A stretch of 64,000 nt of DNA from a bacterium (GTDB taxonomy: Bacteria; SAR324; JACQKK01). This document shows, piece by piece, positions 1-10,469 of the stretch (the first letter of the stretch is position 1; each line of letters opens with the position of its first letter). The notes below the pieces were generated by a model. That model saw only the letters and a program-made list of their open reading frames with translations, did not search any database and was not told the origin of the DNA. Location of the stretch: NCBI GenBank assembly GCA_965240465.1, contig OZ251219.1:1472001-1536000 (forward strand), read 5' to 3'. Both the position numbers and the translations under genes were made by a program.

Positions 1-274
1 TTGCTTGTAGATCAGCCAGCTGAAAGCGGATCTTGCGGGATTGGTCTTGGGATACGAGGGATTGAGTTTGGGCTAAGTTGCCTATATCAAAGTGTTCATC
101 TAATTGCTGACGGAGTGCTTCTGGCAAACTAGTCATTTCGCCAAAATTCTTGGTGCGATGCTGGTAAAGCCACTGAAATACCTGACGAGCACGATAAGAG
201 GGCTGGTCATGCTCTCCCAGCCAATTGGTTAGTCCTGCTAGGGTAAAGTCTTTGATATTTTGCTTTTGGAGCAT
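1..274 (-). CDS. rlmN: 23S rRNA/tRNA A2503 methyltransferase RlmN, N-terminal part (runs off the window start)
   Basis: Manual translation from ATG at 274: MLQKQNIKDFTLAGLTNWLGEHDQPSYRARQVFQWLYQHRTKNFGEMTSLPEALRQQL...SQDQSRKIRFQL, which matches the RlmN N-terminal RAxQxxxWLY...MTxL pattern. Confidence 0.85.
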   Translation of the reverse strand, partial: MLQKQNIKDFTLAGLTNWLGEHDQPSYRARQVFQWLYQHRTKNFGEMTSLPEALRQQLDEHFDIGNLAQTQSLVSQDQSRKIRFQLADLQA

Positions 275-393
275 CTATGAAGGTAAAAAGTAGGACAATT
301 TAGCAGACGTATAACGATCACAGTGTACAGCGTTATGATCTGCTTCTGATTTAATTTTTGGGATCCCTTTAGTTTGTCTCAGAACCTCATTAT

Positions 394-1920
394 CTAGCTA
401 TTAAGAATCTGTTTTTGTCTTGTCTTACCTGCTGGGGTGGGGTATACACCGCCAACACAAGCCAGGCATAGTTTTTCAGGAGGCATATGTAGAGCAAGGC
501 ACACGCGTTCAATGGGAAGGTAGTCCAAGCTATCGGCATTTAAGGACTTTGCCATGGCTTGCAATTGTTCTGCTGAGGGATAAAGGATTTTTCCATTGTT
601 ACCAGGGACCAGGAACTTGTCTGCAAACATTTCTTTTCTGGTGGGCATATCAATGCCGTAGAAGCAGGGCATTTGAATGGGAGGCGAGCCGATTCTCACG
701 TGGACTGATCGTACTTGTCCTCTTTGACGCAAGTTTTCTATTACTACTTGCAAGGTGGTACCGCGTACGAGGCTGTCATCAATTAGGTAAATATCCTTTC
801 CTTTCAATACCTCTGTCAAAGGAGTGAATTTAAGGCGGGCTGTTTTAGCACGATCGGTACTTTCTATAAAGGTTCTGCCCACGTAGCGGTTATGCAACAG
901 ACCCTGTTGCAATGGAAGCCCCATTTGGTGAGCAAATGCACTGGCCGCCGTTGATGAAGTTTCGGGTACACAAATGACCATTGCCCCCTTTGGCGAATCT
1001 CCTTTGAGACATTCTTTTTCCTGCAATGCCTGTTGATTACCTATGTTGCTACGTGCTTGATGGACCGAATGCCCGTCAATAGATGAACCAAGATTAGAGA
1101 AATACACCCACTCAAAAAAACAAGGAGTATGCTTCACGATGGGCATATAACGCTCTACCCGCCATCCTTTGGGGTTAGCTATAAGCATTTCGCCTGGTTT
1201 TAAATAACGAATTTCCTTCATATTTAAATTGCGATGTACCACATTCTCTGATGCTGCCAGTAGCATGTTATCCTGTACGGCATAGGCGAAAGGTTTAAAG
1301 CCAAGTGGGTCTCTAGCTGCTACCAATTCCCCTTCTGCATTGATGAACACAATGTTGTACGCTCCATCAAAATCTTTGGCTAATCGGGTAAATAGCTTCA
1401 CCATATCTGGTCTACGCTCTCCCTTTAACTGTCGATTGATACAGTGCATCATGACTTCAGTATCGGTACTAGAGGTAATGTGATAATCCCTGCTTTCCAA
1501 TTCCGCTTTCAGGTCTTCGTAGTTGGCCAAGTTACCGTTAAACGCCAAAGAAAACCACTTCCATTTGCGACCATGGACACGCTCAAATGGCTGAGCATCC
1601 TCTTTGTCATTATTGCCTGATGTACTGTAGCGGTTGTGTCCGATGGAAGCAAAGCCTCTTAATTGCTGCATCAGTTCCAGGTTTTTTTCTTTGTCATGCA
1701 ATGCAAACACATGTTGCACAGAACCGATGTTCTTGTAAGAACGCAAAATACGATTCCCCTCAGGGAGATAACTAGTGATGCCCGCACTTTGCTGTCCGCG
1801 GTTTTGCATATCTAGCAAGGCTCTAACTACGGGTACAGCAGAGTTGCAGCGTTCTTGCTGCTCACCAAAGTAATAACAGGCAGCAACCCCGCATTCTTCC
1901 TTAATTTCACTCATAAACAT
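394..1920 (-). CDS. purF: amidophosphoribosyltransferase
   Basis: EECG Ntn cysteine, QNRGQ, GHNRYST, NGNL, RDPLG, CFFEWVYF, IDDSLVRGTT PRPP site, PCFYGID. Confidence 0.97.
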   Translation of the reverse strand: MFMSEIKEECGVAACYYFGEQQERCNSAVPVVRALLDMQNRGQQSAGITSYLPEGNRILRSYKNIGSVQHVFALHDKEKNLELMQQLRGFASIGHNRYSTSGNNDKEDAQPFERVHGRKWKWFSLAFNGNLANYEDLKAELESRDYHITSSTDTEVMMHCINRQLKGERRPDMVKLFTRLAKDFDGAYNIVFINAEGELVAARDPLGFKPFAYAVQDNMLLAASENVVHRNLNMKEIRYLKPGEMLIANPKGWRVERYMPIVKHTPCFFEWVYFSNLGSSIDGHSVHQARSNIGNQQALQEKECLKGDSPKGAMVICVPETSSTAASAFAHQMGLPLQQGLLHNRYVGRTFIESTDRAKTARLKFTPLTEVLKGKDIYLIDDSLVRGTTLQVVIENLRQRGQVRSVHVRIGSPPIQMPCFYGIDMPTRKEMFADKFLVPGNNGKILYPSAEQLQAMAKSLNADSLDYLPIERVCLALHMPPEKLCLACVGGVYPTPAGKTRQKQILNS

Positions 1921-1950
1921 TCCATAACATAGAAAGGTCCTGAAGGCACC

Positions 1951-2838
1951 CTATTGCCAGCGTGCTATCAAGCTATCATACGCTTGCTGTACCCGCAAAA
2001 ATTCTCCCACCGAGCCACCCTGGTCAGGATGATTATGCTTAGCTAATCTCCGATACGCTGAACGAATATCCTCCAATTCTGCATCCTCATTCAAACCCAA
2101 CACCGCTAAATGCTCTGACATACCCGCCAACGGTGAATGCCCTTCGCCAACCTTGCTCCAGCCTTTCATCCCCAAAAGACGAGCCTTCGTTAACAAATAA
2201 AACATTAATTTCTCACAACGGTCTTGCACAAACATTAATTCACTAGGGGGAGTACGCCAAAAATCCTCAGTCCCTGCTCTCTCTAAAAGTGCTACGGCTG
2301 TAGCTCTCAAATAATCGGAAGACAAGGTTTCATACAGACCATGACGCTTATCCATCTCCAGTGGACGCAATCGAATCTCACGTACTAATCGCCCCACATG
2401 CATTTCCATACTCCGAAACCCCGTTGCCAACCGCTCCCGCAATTCATCCTCAGTCATAGACTCGTAGGCGTCAAAACGCATCCCTAATACATCGCCCAAG
2501 CACAACAGTACCTCACGATAGTGCTCCTGCAAAAACACCAAACCACTGTTGTACACTGCTTCCGTATCCCAACTGAAATCACAAGACTTCAATATTTCCA
2601 ATAATGCTTCATCTTCCCAAGGTGCTAAGGTACGATACACTGAATATCCGCGGTCCCTATCAAAATATCGATACCAAGCCCATAAAACCTCCTTGGCAGG
2701 CAAATCGCTCTGTAACAATAAGTGCAAACCAATGGCACTCAGGCCAGTATGACCACGTTCATTACTCACGCCATGACGCACACTACCACGCAAACCTTCA
2801 AAAAACTTTAATACAGTTCTTGTTTGATCCCGACCCAC
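1951..2838 (-). CDS. protein with C-terminal DnaJ (J) domain
   Basis: C-terminal VLGL...IRSAYRRLAKHNHPDQGG...FLRVQQAY with HPD motif; N-terminal region not recognised. Confidence 0.8.
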   Translation of the reverse strand: MGRDQTRTVLKFFEGLRGSVRHGVSNERGHTGLSAIGLHLLLQSDLPAKEVLWAWYRYFDRDRGYSVYRTLAPWEDEALLEILKSCDFSWDTEAVYNSGLVFLQEHYREVLLCLGDVLGMRFDAYESMTEDELRERLATGFRSMEMHVGRLVREIRLRPLEMDKRHGLYETLSSDYLRATAVALLERAGTEDFWRTPPSELMFVQDRCEKLMFYLLTKARLLGMKGWSKVGEGHSPLAGMSEHLAVLGLNEDAELEDIRSAYRRLAKHNHPDQGGSVGEFLRVQQAYDSLIARWQ

Positions 2839-2979
2839 AACTCAACACCATAAAATACTACCCTGACCCCACTACCATGATTCATGCTTCCACAATCAAT
2901 AACAAAACACCAATTTCTTAGAAGTAAAGCACCGCAGAAGAACTTGAATACCACACAAGTGTTATATTGCCACATCCCT

Positions 2980-3627
2980 TCACCGATTAGGAATAAAAGG
3001 GAGCGGTATCTGATAAGCAGACTTATAGCTAGAAAATACCAGCAAAGCCTCTAGCTGTGCGGCCGATATTTTAATGCTTATTCTTTTCGGAAGGGATGTT
3101 CCCTTAGCAATAGTCTGATAAGCTAAGTAATCAACAATGAGTACGGGCTTATTATTTTGCCATCGTTGCCATGAACTCAGTAATCCATCTGGTCGCAACT
3201 GCTCACGATACTCGAATGGCTCGGTGCTACCCCAGTGATTTGCTTCCCTTTTTGATGTAACTGGCGGTATGCCACTAAGCAATACTTGCAATTCCAAGCC
3301 ATTTAATAACTCCTTCAATTCTTCATTATCTTTAGGATTGATCCACAGCGTATTGCCATCGGAACGGGCTTCCCACAATGATTTACTGCTAAAAGGATGC
3401 TTTAAGCGGATCAGAGCTTTGTTGTCGGTCCAAAGCAAGGCTTCCACATTAAAGATTTGGGCTTCGGATGTTGTCTTTACCCTAATGCGTCCCTGCAGTA
3501 GCACCCCGGCTGATGGGTCAAAGGACGGCTGTCGGGTGCAACTCACAACACTCAATAGCACCATTATGATTAGGTGATGCCTAAACTGCCATCCCACAGT
3601 TATTTCATCCAGCGTTTCTCGGCCCAA
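2980..3627 (-). CDS. putative lipoprotein (LolB/DUF4292-like); likely start GTG 3597
   Basis: Hydrophobic stretch then VVSC lipobox; C-terminal YxxY...LPKRI pattern resembles LolB-fold proteins. Confidence 0.5.
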   Translation of the reverse strand: MGRETLDEITVGWQFRHHLIIMVLLSVVSCTRQPSFDPSAGVLLQGRIRVKTTSEAQIFNVEALLWTDNKALIRLKHPFSSKSLWEARSDGNTLWINPKDNEELKELLNGLELQVLLSGIPPVTSKREANHWGSTEPFEYREQLRPDGLLSSWQRWQNNKPVLIVDYLAYQTIAKGTSLPKRISIKISAAQLEALLVFSSYKSAYQIPLPFIPNR

Positions 3628-3692
3628 ATAAAGACCGATAAATAAACCACGGCTAACAAACCAACAATAAGTAAAACAATGAATTCGTGCAT
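3600..3692 (-). CDS. candidate 30-aa small membrane protein
   Basis: Manual translation MHEFIVLLIVGLLAVVYLSVFIWAEKRWMK*: one hydrophobic helix and a basic tail. Confidence 0.35.
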   Translation of the reverse strand: MHEFIVLLIVGLLAVVYLSVFIWAEKRWMK

Positions 3693-3817
3693 GAGTATTT
3701 CTTTCATTTATTATAATTTAGCCGAAAAAAAATTGCATTTTTGGCAAAATATTCTTAATAAATTAATTTTTAGTATTCAGTTTTTGCCTCTATAAGAGTG
3801 TTTCACCCTGTTATTAG

Positions 3818-4194
3818 TGGAGGCGGCGGGAATTGAACCCGCGTCCTATCAGGTCAGGGGAAGGTTTTCTACAAGCTTAGCGGCTGTTTTATTTAACTCA
3901 TGGCTTGGCAAACCGCAGCCTTACCAAAAGCGATTCTACCTATTGAGTGTCCTCAACTGCCAGCAGACAAACAGCTGAGTAAGCACGATTATGATACGGT
4001 GGTCTCTTTATCATGCGTCCAGAGGCCGCATCCGACTTAAAAGGGTCTAGGCCTATTTAGGCAGCTAGAGCCATCGGAGTGTAGTCGCTGTTTTTGGCAA
4101 CTAACGTTTCCATCGATTTTTTACGTGGCCATCGATGAACCACGGCTTGCTTACCTTTCCTTGAAAATCCTGTAGTCGAAGCCAGTACGCCCCC
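3818..4194 (-). ncRNA. ssrA: tmRNA; tag peptide (A)AKNSDYTPMALAA* at 4098-4057
   Basis: 5' GGGGGCGTACTGGCTTCGAC; 3' T-arm GCGGGTTCAATTCCCGCCGCCTCCA; internal ORF ending ALAA-TAA; directly downstream of smpB. Confidence 0.96.
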
Positions 4195-4275
4195 AAACAA
4201 AATCGGGGCTGGGGCGGCCTATCCGCCCCTCCTAGCGATTATACAACTATTAAAATTTAAATAAAAGGTCTTATA

Positions 4276-4773
4276 TCAACTCTGAGAATGTTGCTGGAGG
4301 GCTTGTTGTGCTTCTCGTTGCATTTGGCGTTGTTTAAGGGCTTCTCGTTTGTCGTGTTCTTTTTTTCCTTTCGCGAGGGCTATTTGTAGCTTTAGTTTTC
4401 CTTTTAGGAAGTAAGCTTTAACAGGCACTAATGCCCAGCCGCGTTCTCTGGTACGTCCGTATAGGCGGAGGTTTTGCTTCTTGTTCAGCAATAATTTACG
4501 AGGACGGATGGGGTCTTGTATAACGTAGCCGCCGTGTTCATAGGGAGCTATGTGAGCACCCATCAGGAAAATTTCATTGGCAGTAATACGGCAATAGCTT
4601 TCTGTTAGGCTAAGATGCCCATGGCGAACGCTTTTTACTTCCGGACCTCGCAAGACGATGCCTGCTTCTAATATCTCAATAAGCTCATAGTGGTGACGCA
4701 CGCGGCGGTTATCTGCAACCAATTTGGTAGGCAAAATTGTTGAGGTCGCAGGCTTTTTATTGGTAGCTGACAT
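4276..4773 (-). CDS. smpB: SsrA-binding protein
   Basis: NRRVRHHY, EAGIVLRGPEVKSVR, RPRKLLL, GKKEHDKRE. Confidence 0.98.
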   Translation of the reverse strand: MSATNKKPATSTILPTKLVADNRRVRHHYELIEILEAGIVLRGPEVKSVRHGHLSLTESYCRITANEIFLMGAHIAPYEHGGYVIQDPIRPRKLLLNKKQNLRLYGRTRERGWALVPVKAYFLKGKLKLQIALAKGKKEHDKREALKQRQMQREAQQALQQHSQS

Positions 4774-4782
4774 AGCAAACCC

Positions 4783-5520
4783 TTACGATGATTGGTATGC
4801 CCGATACTCCTTACCACTACTTTTTACAGATACCGGAAATTCTTTTTGGATATAATCTTGAAGTGCTTTGGGATAAAGTCTTTGCTCTATTTTTTTTACC
4901 TTTTCTTGCAATGCTTCTGGAGTGTCTTTTGATGATATCGCCGCAGATTCCGTATCTAGAATACGACCCTGATCATATTTTCCTGTGACTAAGTGAACCG
5001 TGGCACCGCTGGTTTTTTGCTTCTCTTTTAAGACAGCTTCATGAACACGCAAACCATACATGCCCATCCCCCCGAATTGAGGGAATTCACCAATCAGGGC
5101 AGGATGAATGTTGATAATACGCCCAGGCCATGTTTCTAACAAGGGAGTACCAACAAGCCTCATATAGCCAGCACAAACAATCAATTGTACTTGATGCTCT
5201 TTGAAAACAGCTTTGATAGCTTCATCGGGATTGGAGTCTGTTTTAGCACTGATATGTCTGGTAGCAATACCATGCTTATGTGCACGCTTTAGAACGTAGG
5301 CTTTAGAGTTATTGCTGACCACAATGCAGACATTCGCATCTAGCTTGCCATTGGCAATGGCCTTAATGATGGAATCCAAGCCGCTACCTCCATGAGAACA
5401 CAGAACTCCTAAATTAATACTTTGCTTGGGTGGTGTCACTGCTAATGACCCATGCTCACCATAAGTAACGGTCGCATGGGGCGATTGAGGTATTGCTATT
5501 AGTGGAGATCTGGCAGTCAT
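4783..5520 (-). CDS. purN: phosphoribosylglycinamide formyltransferase
   Basis: SHGGSG, AGYMR, INIHPAL, GATVHLV...YDQG. Confidence 0.93.
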   Translation of the reverse strand: MTARSPLIAIPQSPHATVTYGEHGSLAVTPPKQSINLGVLCSHGGSGLDSIIKAIANGKLDANVCIVVSNNSKAYVLKRAHKHGIATRHISAKTDSNPDEAIKAVFKEHQVQLIVCAGYMRLVGTPLLETWPGRIINIHPALIGEFPQFGGMGMYGLRVHEAVLKEKQKTSGATVHLVTGKYDQGRILDTESAAISSKDTPEALQEKVKKIEQRLYPKALQDYIQKEFPVSVKSSGKEYRAYQSS

Positions 5521-5631
5521 ACCCTAGGTAAGCAACAAATACGAGAAGATGGCTAGGCAACGGTACACCCTGCAATATACCACATATTCTATCTTGCTAT
5601 CAAAAATAAGCCCACGAGTAAAGGTGCCATA

Positions 5632-8600
5632 CTAAGAAGTAACTGGTTTAACAATAAATAGAAGGTCTCCCTGATTGATGGTTTGGCCACTTTCAACCAT
5701 GATTTTCCTTAGTTCAAATTTCTGATGCTGTGGGAATATATCTTGTCCAGATTGGTTAAAATCATTGAGGGTCAGAGGTTCAAAAACCTTCATAGCTTCT
5801 ATTAACCCAAGTGGCTGTGATGTATCAATTAGGGTGTGGAGTTTAACAAATGGAGGTTCTTCTGGTGATGGACTGCCATAGAAAATCCCAGTGCGAGGAG
5901 AAAGAACTTTTAATTCTTCTGAATTGGAAATAGAGATAGATTTGATGTCAATGTTGCCAATATTTGTAGAATGGCGTTGTTCAGCATCGTTGATGATAGC
6001 TTTAATGTCTGCTTTCTCGAAGAATTTTTCCAAGTAATTGGTGTCATATATTCCTTTGCGGAAGGTTTTGTCAGCAAGGATGGCTTCCATAAGAGAAATA
6101 TTGGTATAAATGCCTTCAATATGAGTGTTTTGTAGGCCTTTTAGGAGAGTATCAATGACTGTCTTGCGGTCGGGGCCGTGGGCAATAATTTGAATTATGA
6201 GGCTATCGTAGTAAGGAGGAATGGTGTCATTTTCTTCGGCTGCACTTAGGATACGCAGGTTAGGATCTTCTGGTAGGCGGAGGAAGGTGATTTTGCCTGG
6301 ACTAGGCTTAAAATGAAGTTTGTTATCATTGGTCAGTATCAATTGTTCAGCATTGATGCGTACCTCCATAGCATAACCGTTATTTTTGGGCTTTAGGTTG
6401 GCAATACTCTTCCCAGCCGCAATACGGATTTGCTCTACAACGATATCTACTTCAGATACCATTTCGGTCACAGGATGTTCTACTTGTAGTCGGGTGTTCA
6501 TTTCCATGAAGTAGGCGGTATCTCGTTTAAGGTCATGGATGAATTCTACCGTGCCTGCACCAATGTAATTTACCTCATCAGCAATTCTTTCAGAATCGGT
6601 AATAAGCCGCTTAATAAGTTCTGGCTTCAATAAAGGAGAACCTGATTCTTCTATCAATTTTTGTTTTTGCCTCTGCACAGAGCAATCACGTATTCCGAGA
6701 ATACAAGTGTTACCTTTGCCATCTCTTAATACTTGTACTTCTACATGGCGAATAGAACTAACAAAGTGCTCCATGTAGATATCACCGTTGCCAAAAGCAG
6801 AAAGAGCCTGCTGACTGGTACGCAAAAACGCGTCTTTTAATTCCTCAGAGTTTTCTACCAGACAAATCCCCTTGCCACCCCCGCCGAAAGCAGCTTTCAT
6901 CAAGACGGGGTACCCAATTTCTTTAGCAATTATTTGAGCTTTTTCACTAGAATCAATCACTCCCATACTGCCAGGGGCAACAGGAATTTTGAGATGGTTG
7001 GCAGTAGCAATAGCATTAGATTTATTGCCCATTAACTCCATGCTTTTAGCACCAGGACCAATGAAATTTAGTCCATGCTTCCGACATAGCCATGCAAAGT
7101 CTGGATTCTCAGATAAAAAACCTATCCCAGGATGGATGGCATCAGCTTTTTCCTGTTCAGCAATGCGAATAACGCTCATACCATTAAGGTAGCTTTCTTG
7201 AGGAGTGTTACCACCTAAACAAACAAGGCAGTCTGATTTTTTGAGCATGCGGGCAGGAAGGCTTTCCATATCGGCATCAGACTGAACTAATAGTACATTA
7301 ATTTTGGCAGCGTGAGCACCTTCAATAAGGCGAACAGCTGTGGTTCCTCTGGCATGTATAAGCAAATTGCGAACTGGAGAAAACTTGATGTAATCCTTTG
7401 GTAGCGGGGCTGTTTCCTGCGACAAATCGGGCTGTCGAGGCTTATATTCACCCTCAAGAACTCTTTTGATGGCTTGGGAAATACTTTCTGTAGGAATAGG
7501 TATGTTGGAATCAATATTCCTTAATCTTTTGTCTAGATCTGGGTCAAAAGGATTTATAACCAGATTGTTCATAGAAATAGGGTTGCGACTAAGATAGTTT
7601 GCCAGAGTAGATTCAGCGGTTAAATAACTGGGGACAACTCGCTGACCAGCAAAAGGAATCACTGCTCCAGAAAGATAAAATGTTTTTACCAGGGGATGAG
7701 TAACAAAGCTTGCTTGTACACCCCCAGTGCAATCTCTAAAGCCAAAACACAAGATCGGGAGGTCAAAATCTTTCACAAATCTGCTAATACGGTTGTTCAG
7801 GATGGCCATAGAAAAAAGAGAGCCCGCACCCTCTTTAACTTGCATCCCGCCTGAAGAAATAAGCATAACCAAGGGAAGTTTACGCTCAGCACAATCCAGC
7901 ATTAGGCGGCATATTTTTTCACAGCTGGCCATATCAAAAGCACCGGCCTGGAATAGTGTATTGCTCACCACCACACCGACGAGAGTTTTGAAACCCTGAT
8001 AATCAAAATTGGCAATTCCAGTCACAATACCAACCGGAGGAATGTCAGCTTTCAAAGACTTTTCAATTGATTGACGATAACCAGGAAATTGGTGGGGGTC
8101 GGCTGTAATGAGATTTTTATGAAGTTCTTCAAAATTAGTGAATAAGGTATCAATCACTTCTTGAGGATGAAGGCGATGTTCCTTTTTGTACTCACTAAGT
8201 AGATTTTGGATGAGCATATCCCTATAAGTTTTATTAAGCCTATGCCAAAAATCTTTAATACCAATGTTGCGAGGATTTATGCGTCCGTTGAAAACCGAAT
8301 TTTCTCTTTGGCTACGATAAAACTCAGGGAGCAAATGAGTGAACATATAAGACACTATCGCAAACAACGGCTCGCTGACCCTGGGATAGACAGTACGCTT
8401 CCAGCCGCTGATTTGACGAATAAATGGCTCAGCTTGACGCATTTGAGTCAGTTGACTGAGGAATTGGAAGAATTTTTCTCTGCAGTCATTATCTTTAATA
8501 GCAGGTCCTTTTATAGATCCTTGTACCTGTCCAAAGGTTTTATCTAAGAGGCTAGCAAGTGTTTCTTGGGTGATATGGTTTGTATCTTTTAATTCACTAG

Positions 8601-10248
8601 CTATAGAGGTAAGATTTTCCAGAATTTTGTCGTACAGCCTATCAAATAGCATCAGGTTATGGATAAATTCAGGCAGACATTCTTGTATCTCTTTGATGTA
8701 AAGTGAACTCATCACACTTGCTTCAGTAGCTGGCACAGGTGGTTTACAGGGGGTTTCTTTCAGTATTTCCAGTAAATGAGAAAAATTGTCAGCAGCATCC
8801 ATCTTCCATACATTAAAAAGATGCAAACTAAGCAACATGCTGAAACGTTTTATGTTGCGTTCATAGCGTTGCTGAGGGCTACCCATCAATAAACTGGAAA
8901 TAACATTCGGGGCATCTTTTCTAGTTTTGAAAGACTCCACAAAACGACGGTAGCTTTCCATGAGATCATTCTCATAACGGAGTTCTAAAGGGTTCTGTAG
9001 CCAATTTTCAAAGCGTTGTTTCCTTACTTTATCTAAACGATCTCGTAGCTCGCCCGCGGGTGTTTTTATCTGGGTAGTAACGCGAGAATAGCGTCGCAGA
9101 GAAGTGGTTCTTAGTCTCACTCGCAAGCGAAGATGTCTATGGAAACGAAAGACTGCTCCAAATACATTCAATCTTCCTGAAGGAGTTTTTTTATTACCTA
9201 TGCTGTCATTGAGGTTGTCCTCAACCAGAAGCCTGCTAGGGCTGAGATAATTTAAGATATTGTGCTTGTAATGCTCAAAGAAATAATGGTTTTCATCTTG
9301 AGAAAGAAATTGGTGAGCTTGGGTTTCCACAAAGTCCAGAGCTGCTAAAATGGCATCCTGCAGAGCATTCAAAGGCTGATTATCTGATGGAGAATAATCT
9401 ATAACACCATCTAGGTATCCGAATTTGTAAAGTTCATAAGCAGAAACTCCTGCATACTTGGCACATTCCTGCCAAGATAAATTGTGATTATAGGCAATCT
9501 CACTTAAGCCAGTGGGATGAATGGTATTAAATACACCGTCTCTGACGGAAAGTAGAAGATTAGTTGCTGCCAAAGGTATAGCACCTCCGCTGTATCCATT
9601 TCCTAGTATAATCCCAACAGTAGGTTGAGGTAGATTGATCATTCTTTCAATCAAGGCAGAAATTGCGTGAGCTTGGTTATCTAGATTAGCTTCTTCATTT
9701 GCTTCTGCACCGGGGGTATCTACCATGGCAACTACTGGGATAGAGTGTGCCGAATAAAATTGCATCCATTCATTTGCAAATCGGTGGTGGCAAGGCTTCC
9801 AAACGCCTTTGTTGCGATTACGGTTTTGTGCCAAAAACACCACTCGACGGCGACGATGCGGAGGCTGAAACTCTGCTTCAGCTAGGTAAAGGGGACCCTC
9901 GTTGAGTTCTCGGATGATTTTACAATCCATTTGTGCAATGACCTCTGGGGCACTAGTGCGTTTGGTATTTTCAGATGGGCTGATGGTATGGTGGATATAA
10001 TCATCCACACTCATGTTTTGGAGGGTACGAATTTGTTGATCTATTTCCTGTGCAGATAACAATCCTGATAATTGTGGTTTGCTAAGCCAAATCGGAGGAA
10101 CCTGACGGGTTAAAGTATACTCGGAAGCGATCCGCTCGCTTTCAATAAAAACTTTCTTAGCCTCTAATGAGGACTGCTCAGCACTACACGCTTTTTTTGA
10201 GCGTGAAGACTTGTTTTGTTTCTGAGAATTTCCGTTAGCACGGGGCAT
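5632..10248 (-). CDS. single-chain acetyl/acyl-CoA carboxylase (CT-alpha, CT-beta, biotin carboxylase, BCCP fusion)
   Basis: AccA-like VDTPGA/GYSGGA; AccD-like SSGGMQVKEG, TGGVQASF, FAGQRV; BC HPGIGFLSEN, GGGGKG, RDCSVQR, EMNTRLQVEHPVTE; biotinyl EAMK near C-terminus. Confidence 0.9.
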   Translation of the reverse strand: MPRANGNSQKQNKSSRSKKACSAEQSSLEAKKVFIESERIASEYTLTRQVPPIWLSKPQLSGLLSAQEIDQQIRTLQNMSVDDYIHHTISPSENTKRTSAPEVIAQMDCKIIRELNEGPLYLAEAEFQPPHRRRRVVFLAQNRNRNKGVWKPCHHRFANEWMQFYSAHSIPVVAMVDTPGAEANEEANLDNQAHAISALIERMINLPQPTVGIILGNGYSGGAIPLAATNLLLSVRDGVFNTIHPTGLSEIAYNHNLSWQECAKYAGVSAYELYKFGYLDGVIDYSPSDNQPLNALQDAILAALDFVETQAHQFLSQDENHYFFEHYKHNILNYLSPSRLLVEDNLNDSIGNKKTPSGRLNVFGAVFRFHRHLRLRVRLRTTSLRRYSRVTTQIKTPAGELRDRLDKVRKQRFENWLQNPLELRYENDLMESYRRFVESFKTRKDAPNVISSLLMGSPQQRYERNIKRFSMLLSLHLFNVWKMDAADNFSHLLEILKETPCKPPVPATEASVMSSLYIKEIQECLPEFIHNLMLFDRLYDKILENLTSIASELKDTNHITQETLASLLDKTFGQVQGSIKGPAIKDNDCREKFFQFLSQLTQMRQAEPFIRQISGWKRTVYPRVSEPLFAIVSYMFTHLLPEFYRSQRENSVFNGRINPRNIGIKDFWHRLNKTYRDMLIQNLLSEYKKEHRLHPQEVIDTLFTNFEELHKNLITADPHQFPGYRQSIEKSLKADIPPVGIVTGIANFDYQGFKTLVGVVVSNTLFQAGAFDMASCEKICRLMLDCAERKLPLVMLISSGGMQVKEGAGSLFSMAILNNRISRFVKDFDLPILCFGFRDCTGGVQASFVTHPLVKTFYLSGAVIPFAGQRVVPSYLTAESTLANYLSRNPISMNNLVINPFDPDLDKRLRNIDSNIPIPTESISQAIKRVLEGEYKPRQPDLSQETAPLPKDYIKFSPVRNLLIHARGTTAVRLIEGAHAAKINVLLVQSDADMESLPARMLKKSDCLVCLGGNTPQESYLNGMSVIRIAEQEKADAIHPGIGFLSENPDFAWLCRKHGLNFIGPGAKSMELMGNKSNAIATANHLKIPVAPGSMGVIDSSEKAQIIAKEIGYPVLMKAAFGGGGKGICLVENSEELKDAFLRTSQQALSAFGNGDIYMEHFVSSIRHVEVQVLRDGKGNTCILGIRDCSVQRQKQKLIEESGSPLLKPELIKRLITDSERIADEVNYIGAGTVEFIHDLKRDTAYFMEMNTRLQVEHPVTEMVSEVDIVVEQIRIAAGKSIANLKPKNNGYAMEVRINAEQLILTNDNKLHFKPSPGKITFLRLPEDPNLRILSAAEENDTIPPYYDSLIIQIIAHGPDRKTVIDTLLKGLQNTHIEGIYTNISLMEAILADKTFRKGIYDTNYLEKFFEKADIKAIINDAEQRHSTNIGNIDIKSISISNSEELKVLSPRTGIFYGSPSPEEPPFVKLHTLIDTSQPLGLIEAMKVFEPLTLNDFNQSGQDIFPQHQKFELRKIMVESGQTINQGDLLFIVKPVTS

Positions 10249-10469
10249 TGTAAAACGACATCAATGGGCAGTAAGTATTATTATTTTGGCATTAGTGAAC
10301 CAGAAGGGTAAATCTTTTTCTGTAATGGTGCAAGAAGCATCCCCAAATTGGTTATATGGTGTAGTGCTGTTGCCCCTTGCTATTTTTCCACGGATTATTG
10401 TATAGTTCACAAGCGGAATTGCTCAAAATACGTACGGGGTGGCATAAATTACACATAGAGAAATATTAG

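Noticed and set aside
3700-3830. Island integrated at the tmRNA 3' end
   Set aside because: No integrase or duplicated 3' fragment seen; downstream genes include purF and rlmN.
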